Source: Phoronis australis (taxonomy: Eukaryota > Animalia > Phoronida). Taken from it: a stretch of 64,000 nt of DNA. The notes below the pieces were generated by a model that was not told the origin of the DNA, ran no database searches, and saw only the letters and a list, made by a program, of their open reading frames with translations. Positions 40,565 through 51,997 of the stretch are shown one piece after another (positions within the stretch are counted from its first letter, which is position 1; every line of letters begins with the position of its first letter). The translations under genes were made by a program, and so were the position numbers. Where the stretch lies: positions 478,942-542,941 of the forward strand of contig NMRA01000020.1 in the NCBI GenBank assembly GCA_002633005.1, in the 5' to 3' direction.

Positions 40565-43500
40565 TCAAATTTGTAGAAATTTCGTAAATCCTGAATTAAC
40601 AAAAATGATTAGACAACAGTGGTAAGTGCATTTTCATTAGCGCATTTCCAAAGGGTGTCATTGTGCTCTTAAAATCAGAGTTGCTCAAGTCAACTAATTG
40701 AGTTATAATCAAACCGTTTTCGAAGTTTTTGCGGAGATTTGACAAGTACACATTAATCAATGATCAGTTCACTTTCAGATTAAGATCAATTTTAAATAAA
40801 ACCCCTGTAGTGACGGAGTTGGAATTCCTGTTTATTGAGTTTCAAATCGGCGCATTTATATAGGGCTCAATCCTGTCGTCCACCTTCAAGACTTTTAATT
40901 GTCGCTTTGCCCATTGTTTTCTTGTCAACACGTGGCTTGTTCAGCAGTTATTCCATAGTTTTCGTCGTCTACGACCGATCGAAGCGTGTTTCAGATATTC
41001 TTACTAGTCGCCCTCTAACAGCGAAAATACCATTGAGTTGGAGACATTAATTAAAAATAAAATTTAAAGGTTGATGTCTCCGTTGTTTGCTGGTAAATAT
41101 CCGATTACACATACTTACGTAAATTGCATGTGTATCAAGTAGATCTTGGAAACAACAATAAGTCGTCAACAGTTTGTTTTGAAAAACTTGTCAAAACAAA
41201 AATGAGTTTTCACCACGGAATGGAGACCGGGTCACATTATTGATAGCGAAGATTAAAAATGCGAATGATTCGATGCGCGTGCGTAAATGTACCCTAAACG
41301 CTCCCCTTTGGCAAGTCGGCAGTCCCGACTCGTTTCGGTATATTACTTTTAACTGATGATGAAATGATTTCAATAGGCCTACTTCGATGTTTACAAGCAA
41401 TAACAGTTTTAGATGTTTTATCAATCCAAACGTGGAAGCCAGAAGTAAAAGCTCACTTCGGGAAGGCGGTAACAACAATTTTGCAATTTGATTGACGGAC
41501 AAGCGTTCCGTTAATTTTGCACCTGCCAACGCTATTATCTCACAAAATCCATTCAAATTTGAAAACCGTAGTCTGCATGTACTTCACCAGGAGTTTTCAA
41601 CTCCGTTTAACGACCTGTGAGTGGGACCTCCGACAGATAACCGGCAGCACCACGCGGCATATTGACCACGGTGTGTCATAAACATTCCTTACCAACAGAA
41701 GGCGGCCACGGATCGAACGAGTGCACTGTCTGACGTGTTGTTGTCCGCTTCGTTGATCAGTGCAGTAGAAGAGGAAAATTTCACATTTCTATCACCGTCG
41801 TTTAGGTGGGTTGGTGAGAGCAATTTATCATCGAGCAAAACCATTCGAAGCAATAATACGGTCAATAGGGAGAGTTTTTAAGAGGCAATTACGACCTCAT
41901 CATGCGCTGGAGGTAATGTGAATGTATTGCTGGAGGCGATGCCCAAACGCTTGTGAGAAAATGGCTCGTCGCTTTACTTAACAGGTGTGGGGATCAAAAA
42001 CAGCGAACTTATGTATGATCATTTTGAAACACTTGGGCACAGACTAAGCTGTAGTTAAGGGGACAATGACCGAAATTCACCAAACTTTAAGAAAAGATAA
42101 GGCGCTAGGACACACACAAAAAATAGTGTAGCAAAAAGTAACCATTTTGTGCAATCTTATGCCAGTCACTAGGCTTGTATATTTTATTACAAAACTCAGC
42201 TAACTCAACTCTGAGGATGACAATTGAAAGAAGTCACATCTTCCTAACCTGGAACCATGCTGATAACAAAATAAGTCCCGTTCCTCACCTGGCACCATGC
42301 TGATAACAAAAGGACTCTTCACATTTCTTCATTTTTTCCAAACCAAACATTTTCACAACTAACAGTACAGGTTTCAGATTACAAATTCATCTTTCTATTG
42401 TCAAATTCCTGTTTGACACTAAACCTATTACGGACCTTCAAATTTTAACATAAGCTGAAACAAAACGAACTTCCATCTTCTTCATATACAGAATCACATA
42501 AGAGATATCAACATCTACATAATTATTCAAACGAGAAAAAAAATAATTTCTCAGTTCTATATACATGTAAGTATACCAATGAAACTGTTTTTATCCAACT
42601 ATGGGTAGAACATTCAGTAACTGATCTTAAATTTTGTCCAGGCAGCTCAACCACACAACATGACATTTACAAGTTAGTGTATTCCTGTCCACATATTAAC
42701 AGCAACATGCTTGGTTACATACTTGCAGTTAACCCCTAAAAACAAAGAAATATCCAAGTCAGGTCATGGCCAAATGTGTAACAAGACGGAAGCACCTGCT
42801 TCTTTTGAAACATAGTGCCATTTGTTTTCTGAATCAGAAGTTCAAAATGAATTGTCTTGAGCAGTTATCTCCCCATGTATATAATCAAAGATGAACTGAG
42901 TTGCCCTTTTGCACCCAGAGAGGGTGCTTGAGTCTTGTACCCCCTATGAACTAGCAAACAAGAACACAACATAGTGTGAAGTAACACCCAGGGCTAATTG
43001 AAGGGACACGTCCCGTGTCATTAGTGCATAAAAAATTCATTGAGACGCACTAAGATTGCTTAACTTGGGCCGATGTGTGCACTAAAGCAGTCACAATTAC
43101 GCCAGATTTTGTCTTCAATTATACACATTGCATTCAGAATCTAATACAACTGCATTGCATTCAGAATCTAATACAACTACAATGCAGAGCAGCTGATCAA
43201 AACAACATGGGGTCTAGCATATTGTGAAAATACATATCCCAACTGTAGATTTATGTGTTTATTTAAAGTGAAATGCAGTTAATCACTCAGACCAATCATC
43301 CGCATATAACATACTGAAGTTACATGATAGCAGATGAAAACATGCATATCTAAATGACACCCCCCCAAAAAGGTCCTAAAAATTGGCAATAGATTTAAGG
43401 CCATGTGGGTCAACTGACCCATAGCCATGTTTTTCTAAATTGATCCTTGAACATCCTGGTCTGATAACATCAAATAATGAAGATGGCTGGACCAAATAAA

Positions 43501-43908
43501 AAGGACAATCATTACCTTTACAGCCAGTCAGGCTCCTGACTGAACCCCCAGGGAAACAAAAATGTGATCAACCCATTCCCGGATAGGAAGGGAAATTGAT
43601 GAACATTTGTTCTTGAATAGGTCCATGAATGAACTTAATGTTGAAATGAAATACTCAGAATCTGGTTGATAACATTCGCACACCAACAATGTGCAACTTG
43701 ACAAGTCCCAAGAAAACTGTACCGTTTTATAAAAAATCAATAAATTTTCGTAACAACACACTTGGACAATTTCACAATGACTTCACATTTTTCTGATTAC
43801 TTCCTTTATGAGTATTTGCCACAACTTGAAAGAAATTTTACACCTTCTTGAGTACTAGAGTTAACAGACTGACTGACAAATGCCTTACAAGTGATTGGGT
43901 CCCAATTT

Positions 43909-43914
43909 TTTATT
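43909..43914 (-). terminator. Candidate INTS10 polyadenylation signal AATAAA (another at 42183-42188)
   Basis: Hexamer ~200 nt downstream of the stop; whether it is used cannot be seen in the sequence. Confidence 0.35.
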
Positions 43915-44110
43915 AAAAACTACAGTATGCTGGAACCAATGAAACTCCAACACCAATTGTCCTGGATTAGTCCGTGAACCCACCAATGACCCCGTTGACC
44001 CAGCATAGGTCGTGATAGGTCATCCAACAGCTGTTTCTGCTTGGCCACCAAGAACTGCTGCACGAATTGCTCAAGATCACCACCACAGTGAACTGTTGAG
44101 CCAACAGAGG

Positions 44111-44267
44111 TCATGACAGATCAGCCAACAACTGTTCTCGTTCCTCCACCAAGAACTGCCGTATGACTTGCTCGATGTTGTCATCACAGCGGGCCACCTG
44201 GCGCTCCATCGTCATCCTGAAGTCCTCACTCACCCCCTTCTGAACACCCCTCGTCACCGTGCGCTGT
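44111..44267 (-). CDS. INTS10: INTS10 last coding exon (QRTVTRGVQKGVSEDFRMTMERQVARCDDNIEQVIRQFLVEEREQLLADLS*)
   Basis: ttttcag| acceptor, TGA at 44111-44113. Resembles human [25 protein letters not shown]. The 15 exons sum to 2019 nt (672 aa + stop). Confidence 0.93.
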
Positions 44268-47164
44268 CTGAAAAGTCAACAACTAGGTTAGTCTTACTCA
44301 TTACAAGTAGGCGTGAAAACGAAGAAAAGATGAAAAACAGGCAATGAGCAAAATAGTAGAATATGAAATAATCCCCACATGCCAAACATTAGTAATTATT
44401 GAAACTTACAAACTGCTCATTTGATATTTTTGTTTTTCAAGGAAAGTAGCAATTCATCACAATACAAATCTGACATTTGCTAAGTACAAACATTCATGAT
44501 AACTGGTGGTTCATGTCTGTCTAGTGATGGTAATCACCCTCATCAATCAAACTGCGTATATATCTAAATTTTATGCCCCTCGTATCAAGCATAAAGTCAA
44601 CAGAAGTTGTCAGACAAATGCAAATTGCCAACATTGGCTGCGTAAACAGACACACCTGTTCAAAAAAATCCAGACCGACCTCAATGAGATAAACATCAGA
44701 TAGTTATTATTTAACAAGTCAGTCAAAAACTATTGTGAGAGGAAACATTCAATATCGAGTAGAACCTTATCGACGAGTCTGTCGCCAAATATCTACAAGA
44801 CTATAGAATCTGATTTTAAATCCCCAAAAGAATATACACTAGTCAGCTTGTACAATTTGATTTTTTACTTTATATCCATATGCCATTAATTAAGTCGTGT
44901 GACCATTTCTTTTTGGTCAAATTTAGCAAAAAGAAAGGCAACATCATAGCAAAACATCACTATCAATAACATAACCAAACTTCATTTAAAATTTACATTT
45001 GACTCTTTGTTTCGAACATTAAACTTCTAAAAAACAAACTACAGGTGACTGAACTGCACATTCTGGCCATCAACACGCCAGGAACCACGTCTCAAAATTT
45101 TTTATTTAATATCCTCACGCAACAGAAATACCAGCCATCAGTCTATTTCTCTTAAAAACAATGTCCTAAGTCTTCCTTTTTGACTGCCGGTATCTTAGTT
45201 GCTCGAAACAAAATAAAAAATCCGAGACAAAGTTCGTTTAGCAATGCGTGGTGTGATAACTACGGTAAAAATCAGGGACAAAAATAATTGCTCATACTGT
45301 CATATTTCTATTTTTCAGATGCTTACCAAATTGTTGCAAATGTTTTTACCAAATAGTGTTTGACAAGGATGATTTTTCCTGCAAAGTTAATGAAATTTCA
45401 CTTGTCTAATATATTGTAGCAGTCCATCCTTTAAGCATGCAGTGTTGAAAATCCGACGAGACGCGTTGCTTACGATCACAAGCTTATTGAAAATGTCCGA
45501 GAAAGATTTTGTTCATAGACAATCAAATGGATAGCTATGAAAAAGCTATATTTGCAAAACAGTATAGTTTAGCTTGTTCACTTAATTCATCTCGTAATTG
45601 CAAAATTTTTGTGATCCATGTTTCCTTATTTATATCAAAACAATTGCCAAATAAATTTTCAAAAATTCAAAAACAGTTTTGAACCATCTCACACATTTAC
45701 ACAAGTCTGATATAACGTACCCGCAGTATGAGAATCAGCTGAAGCACTTTATTCAGCAGTCTGGTTCTCAAAATGCAGGGACGTTATAGCACACTTTCTA
45801 TATAATTAACAAAACACAAGTACAAACACTAATATTGCATACTTGATATTTTTAGTTTATTTAGCGATAAAAAACCCCAAAGAATACATCAAAGAGACAT
45901 TACTTCCTTAACAATGATTAAATCAAGAATTTGTTTAAGCCATAGAAAAACCTGTCCCAACATTTTACTGACAATATTGCATTCTCAAAACACATGTAAA
46001 ACAATTTCGTCATTCTGAAAAAAAATTAGTATGTGAATATTGGATCAAAAAAATTCCAGGAAGGATATTTAATCACCTCAAGAAAATGTATAGTTTCTAC
46101 AAAATATACATTTTGAGACAAAAGCAGTACATATTTATATGCTACAGACTCAAGTGAGGAAATGAGTAACAGAAGGGTTTACAGTCAAAAACTTTTATGG
46201 TGCTATAAAAACATAGACAAAAACTAATGATTGCTTACTAGATTAATTTTAGTACTTGCTTGACGTTTTACTACACAAGGTGAGTATTTTATTGTGATGT
46301 AAGGCCATCATAAAAATAGCACGGGATATTGTTTAAGGCAGCTTATTGGAAATGATAACGGCAGTAGGCTCAAGGAACACCTGTGCCAGACACGTACAAA
46401 TACCAAACAGACACGATGTTACATTTTTTTACATGAAACATATTACATAACACACTGGTGTTCATTCAAACATACAGGCACAGGTGTGAATGAATGTCAA
46501 TATATTAAGTATGACAAACAGAAACAAAAAATCCCAGAAACATTTTGAAGAATAGAGCATAAAGTAAATTTGTGAAAGTTTCACTTGAGTGAGATCTGCA
46601 ATTAAGAGACACGAATTGAAGTTTTCTAGGATCTGTTATAACTGTAAAGGCATAGCCCCAAGACTGAATAAACAACAAAGTGTAGTGGGCGACATGCATG
46701 GAAAGCAAACTCCTCGACCAGCACGTAACTAATGAATGAAGAAGATGTCATTGTCCTCACACGCTGTGAGACATCATTCCAAACTACCAAATAATTCAGC
46801 AGACATGGCACAGTAATATTCAGAACAGAGCAACTGTGTCAGCGACAGCCATATTGTTGACAAACAGCTGATGCAAGTATGTCTCAGACAACATAGTGAA
46901 ACAGTCAACTAGCGTAGGTATGAGTAGATAAAACCTTGGGCTGTGTAAGCTTATGGGAAGAAGCAAAATTGGAAAGTGGCTCCAGACACTTGTGGTTTAC
47001 CCCAATCTTATTTATGGTCTAACTACCCGAGCGTGATTTTTAAAGATACTTTTTAAGCAAACTTTGAGTTGCAAACTACCACTAATGATTCAGTGAAAAT
47101 TCCTACATGCGCACAATGAAGATGTGACATGGTTGTAAATGAGTATGGGGAATGGCTTGTTTTT

Positions 47165-47523
47165 TTAGTAATCAGAGAATTGATATTTACAATGAAAGGA
47201 CCTTTAGAAATCAGAGAATTGATATTTACAATGAAAGGACCTTTAGTAATCAGAGAATTGATATTTACAATGAAAGGACCTTTAAGTAATCAGAGAATTG
47301 ATACTTAAAATGAAAGGACCTTTAGTAATCAGAGAATTGATATTTACAATGAAAGGACCTTTAAGTAATCAGATAATTGATATTTACAATGAAAGGACCT
47401 TTAGTAATCAGAGAATTGATATTTACAATGAAAGGACCTTTAAGTAATCAGATAATTGATATTTACAATGAAAGGACCTTTAAGTAATCAGAGAATTGAT
47501 ATTTACAATGAAAGGACCTTTAA
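47165..47523. repeat. 39/40-bp minisatellite, ~9 copies, INTS10 intron 14
   Basis: Unit ~TAGTAATCAGAGAATTGATATTTACAATGAAAGGACCTT. Confidence 0.95.
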
Positions 47524-47604
47524 GAGCACAGCTAGTAACACAAGCGCACGCACACACAGACAGACAGACAGACACATATGCATACTGACATTGGGATTAC
47601 TCAC

Positions 47605-47701
47605 TGGACCATGACCTTTGTACTTGTTGGCAGGATATCCAGTTGTACTATCACATCATGACTGCTTTTTAAGAAGGCAAACTCTTCTAGAATGTCAATG
47701 T
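47605..47701 (-). CDS. INTS10: INTS10 exon 14 (NIDILEEFAFLKSSHDVIVQLDILPTSTKVMVQ)
   Basis: 97 nt, |gtgagt donor. NIDILEEFAFL corresponds to human NIDMLEEFAYL. Confidence 0.93.
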
Positions 47702-48139
47702 CTGGTTAACGGTTAAAGAAGAATTCTATGACTAGGTAAACACATAATGTATAAAGGAACACGCCACGGATAATTTCCTATTAAAAGACTGAGCTTAGTT
47801 TTGTCTGGTGACTCACTAGGTCTACAACAACACCAAGATCAGGAAGGTGGCTTGAGCCAGTCAGAAATCTTACCATACCAAGCCTTGAAATCATTTTTAA
47901 TATGGATAAGGAACAAGTTAAGATCAGTTTTATAATCACGCTAAGCGGCCTAAATTAATTTTGTTTTTGACTTAAGGCAGATTTATAACATCTTTACACC
48001 AACTCAAAGTTGGTTTTACGAAACATGAAACCATACAATAAATTGAAGAACAGTGAGTCTAGCCGAGTGAAAAAACATTTCAAATTCTCAAATATATTTT
48101 GACTAGCAACTGGTCAGGGCTGACTCATAAAAAGGATAC
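47702..48139 (-). other. U12-type (minor spliceosome) GT-AG intron of INTS10
   Basis: 5' end GTATCCTTT; branch box TTCTTTAAC ends 10 nt before the exon; no polypyrimidine tract. Confidence 0.9.
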
Positions 48140-48302
48140 TGGTTATGTAAGTGAAGAAAAGGTTGTAGACAAATGTCTTCTGTGCAGATATCTTGTGGAC
48201 TGCTTTCTCAAACAGGTCTTCATACTTCGGCCAATCGTACTGAAGTAAAACGATCATATGACCCAACATGTCATCCGAAGAGTTGTTGCTAAATGCTTTC
48301 TC
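48140..48302 (-). CDS. INTS10: INTS10 exon 13 (EKAFSNNSSDDMLGHMIVLLQYDWPKYEDLFEKAVHKISAQKTFVYNLFFTYIT)
   Basis: 163 nt with the LGH.IVLLQ..WP motif; followed by the U12 donor GTATCCTTT. Confidence 0.93.
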
Positions 48303-48482
48303 CTAAGAAGCAAAAGAAGACAAATGGAATCGAAACTTCATTAGCGAATAGGTCACCATTCTGTACAGCACTATTAGAAGCGTACAGTACTATGGAATGA
48401 TATTCAAAGCTATTTTTGTCATTAAGTACACAATATTCATGATAGTCAGGACTATAACATTCAGCTTGTCACCTGGAGAAAC

Positions 48483-48875
48483 TGCATGAACAGTTAAATG
48501 GTGAGGGTGAATCGCACGAACAGTTAAACGGTGATGGTGAATTGCACGAACAATTAAACGGTGATGGTGAATTGCATGAACAGTTAAGTGGTGATGGTGA
48601 ATTGTACGAATAGTTAAACGGTGATGGTGAATTGCAAGAACAGTTAAATGGTGATGGTGAATTGCATGAACAGTTAAACAGTGATGGTGAATTATACAAA
48701 CAGTTAAACGGTGATGGCGAATTGCATGAACACTTAAACGGTGATGGCGAATTGCACGAACAGTTAAACGGTGATGGTGAATTGCACGAACATTTAAACG
48801 GTGATGGTGAATTATACAAACAGTTAAACGGTGATGGCGAATTGCATGAACAGTTAAACGGTGATGGTGAATTAT
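48483..48875. repeat. 30-bp minisatellite, ~13 copies, INTS10 intron 12
   Basis: Unit ~TGCATGAACAGTTAAACGGTGATGGTGAAT. Confidence 0.95.
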
Positions 48876-49719
48876 CTACTAGTTGTTAATGATCAAACAA
48901 TCTGGAATTTGAAAATTAAGTTTTTTAATTACAAATTTTTTTTCTTGCAACTGAATCTATAATAACAGACATTCTGACAATTTTGGATCTTGAACTGAAG
49001 TGTTGTATAATGCAAAGTTGCAAAGAAAAACATCAGATGTCTTGATCAATGTTCAATTCAAAGTTAATCTTTGAAATAACTGGAGAATAGTTCTGGAAAA
49101 ACGGATACATGAAGTAGACACGAAGTTAAAACATTTCAACTCAGCATTTTATGACGAAATGTTTATACACAGCCACTGCAAAGTAGCAGTAATCGATTTT
49201 TCACATTGTAAAGCAGTCAATTTACATTAAAATATTAAAAGACATTTCGACAAAAACTAATCGAGAGATCACGCACTCCGCCAGAATCTGGATCGACAAC
49301 ATATGGACTGAGGAAGAGCAATGTGTGAAGTCGAAGGCAACATTGCTCTCCTGACATCCACATAATGTAATGCACCCGAGGGACCGGTCAATACTTTTTA
49401 TTTTATTACGCACAACTAGTGGTTTTCCCCGATTTTTCCACATATTTTTAAATATTAAGCTTTTTGTTGTCTGCTTTGACATAGTGATATCATCTGCTCA
49501 GTTGATTGTCAGGGTTTATGCTTCCTACACCTCCTGATCTGTCAGATTACGAATAGTGACATCTGACATCAGGGCGGCATGAACGAAAAGTGATATTTCA
49601 TAATCGGCATATCGGAAGTTAACGTAGAGCAGCATTTCAGCCAAGCAAAGGAGAGAAGTATCAGAGATTGTGCAGAGATATCTTACTATTGCTCCCTGCT
49701 GACCATGCATTTAGCTTAC

Positions 49720-49893
49720 CTTCAGACAGGTGAGTAACAGATGGATGCAGTAAGGAAGTAGTTCCCCTGCTGTGCACGGTAACATCTGAAGGTGTCGTCC
49801 AGTCACTGGGTCACTGGCACCACCTGTCCTGGACGGCGGTTCCGACCCCTGGGGCAGAGACGCTATCATGGCCAATACCTTCTCACATGCACC
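49720..49893 (-). CDS. INTS10: INTS10 exon 12 (GACEKVLAMIASLP...LQMLPCTAGELLPYCIHLLLTCLK)
   Basis: AG/GT bounded, 174 nt. Resembles human LLPCTSKAIMPYCLHLMLACFK. Confidence 0.92.
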
Positions 49894-51081
49894 CTGGTGG
49901 TGAAAAACTGAAGTTGTACTGAGAGCACCTGTCGCAAGGGTTAATATCTAAAACAACTACACGGCACAACAACAATGCCCCGGATATCCAGTATCTCGAG
50001 GCTCATCAATGCGCTACTAATTTACAACCAAAACACTAACACAAATTGAAAAGTAAATATACTGGATAGAAAATTAATTTCAGAATTACAGTGAATGTTT
50101 TGCGATGTGTTATGTATATTAGATTAGACTAGGCTAAAGGAAATGTTTTAACTAGTAGAGACCACTGGCACACGATTCACATCACTTACCGAACAACTAG
50201 TAAGGCTACTCAATTTTTTGCTTCAGACCACATCACTGCCTTGTACGGGCGTTGCACTGATACTTAAAAGTTGACAGCTTTAAACTTGTGTTTAACAGAG
50301 ACCTAACATTTCTGTGACATAACACCAAGAAATAATTCACAGCTTGTTTCCTAAATTCGGCAAAACTGTGCAACGCAACACAAAATGATTACTCCGGAGA
50401 TTTGATGTTTATGAAATTTTTAGGTGATGAAAGACCCCACAAAAATGTCTAAATCTTCAGAACATCATATCTCAAAAATGGCTGCTCGTCTTCATATAGA
50501 ACTTTCAAATACTGAGCTTCATACAGCAGTGTCCAACACACTGGTAGGAATTGTTTTCAAAATGTCCCACTTGTGCATGAAGGGCTATCAAAAATAAGAC
50601 ATTCATGATTTTTATGAAAAAAATGAAAAGTTGCATCAAATGAAAACGAAATCAAAATTAAGAAAACTGTAATAGCAATTTTGAGATTTCATCTTTAACA
50701 TTTATACCAAATGAAATTTGGCCAATGTCAATGTTACTGTAGTTCTACATGCTACGGCCCGTAGTTCTACAGTCACGTTTATTTCTTTCGGGTAAATTTT
50801 TCTAAAAACACATAATCACATTGACTCGATTCAGGACAGACTGGTATAATGTCAAAAATCAATTTCTACAGTCTCTATACTTTTGAAAAATATATGCATT
50901 CACAGAGTTAAACTCTATAGTTTGTACATATTTGGTTATTCACAGAATGGTCAATAAGGTCTTACATAACATCGAGAGTATTTTCACGTTTTCAGTCCTA
51001 TGCTTGATCATTGCTCAACAAAATTAGCACGCTAAGCTGACAAGCCTTCTTTACTCCAAGGAACACAGCTACATCACTTAC

Positions 51082-51269
51082 TGAGTATTGTCCCAGGGCA
51101 TAGTAGCATGAGGCTAATTGCAAGTTAATTCGTGTGTCAGCCTCTGCCGAAGCTGTCAGTTTATTAATGGCCTCCCTGAACTGCCCCTGGTAAAGTAACC
51201 GGTCACATTCAAACAGCTTCATCCAATGCCAACTGTCAGACTTAAGATGTAACGACAACTTCTTGTAAT
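51082..51269 (-). CDS. INTS10: INTS10 exon 11 (DYKKLSLHLKSDSWHWMKLFECDRLLYQGQFREAI...LQLASCYYALGQYS)
   Basis: tgtttcag| and |gtaagt, 188 nt. TPR-like helices, W.W...F..D...YQGQ motif. Confidence 0.92.
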
Positions 51270-51997
51270 CTGAAACAACAGTAAAACTACAAGGTCCTTC
51301 AGTTAGGTTTGAGATGGCATAGCATTCAAACCCATCTTGTCAGTAGAGATAGCACAGGAAAAGCTCATCCTTCACTTGGGCAGTGGCTATGACCTTAGTG
51401 TTGTGTGCAACCAGCTAGTTTCCTGTGATGGCCAACAGGTGTCTGTAGTACCTGGTCATCATGTGAGGAAGAATACAAGATGGGTCCCAATACTACGGTT
51501 ACTCAAGGCGACTTGAATACTCTGAAACATTACAAAGAATTGTCAACCTTCTTGAATCCTTTTGCACATCATAATTACAATAGTCCACTTTCAACCTGCA
51601 GAAGTTTACATTTTACAAATTCTCAGTGACTGATAAATCGCAATTCATGCCTTGAAACATGACACTGTCATTTTTGTGCAATTAGTCTCAATTTTCTGTT
51701 TTAAACATGAACTTCAAAAAAACCCAAACAGCAGCAGATCAGTTCTAGTTTGGACTATATACTATTGAATACTGTCAACAAGCGTGTTCAATACCTCTAT
51801 TGCTAAAAAGAAAATGAAAAATCTGACACAGTTCCCTTGGTAATATATTCTTATAAAATAAGTGTGTAACATTTGAAGTGTATTGATCTACACATTAAAA
51901 AGAATTTATTAAATAAAATAAATTGATATTCAAAACTGCTAAAGCGTCGAAAATCAAATGGTCAGAAAATTGGTAATAAAAGGTGTGCCACATCATT

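Noticed and set aside
48469-48889. Repetitive ORFs on both strands (CSCNSPSPFN / EQLNGDGELH)
   Set aside because: Translation of a 30-bp intronic minisatellite. One copy has a stop on the plus strand, and INTS10 exons 12-13 join in phase without it.
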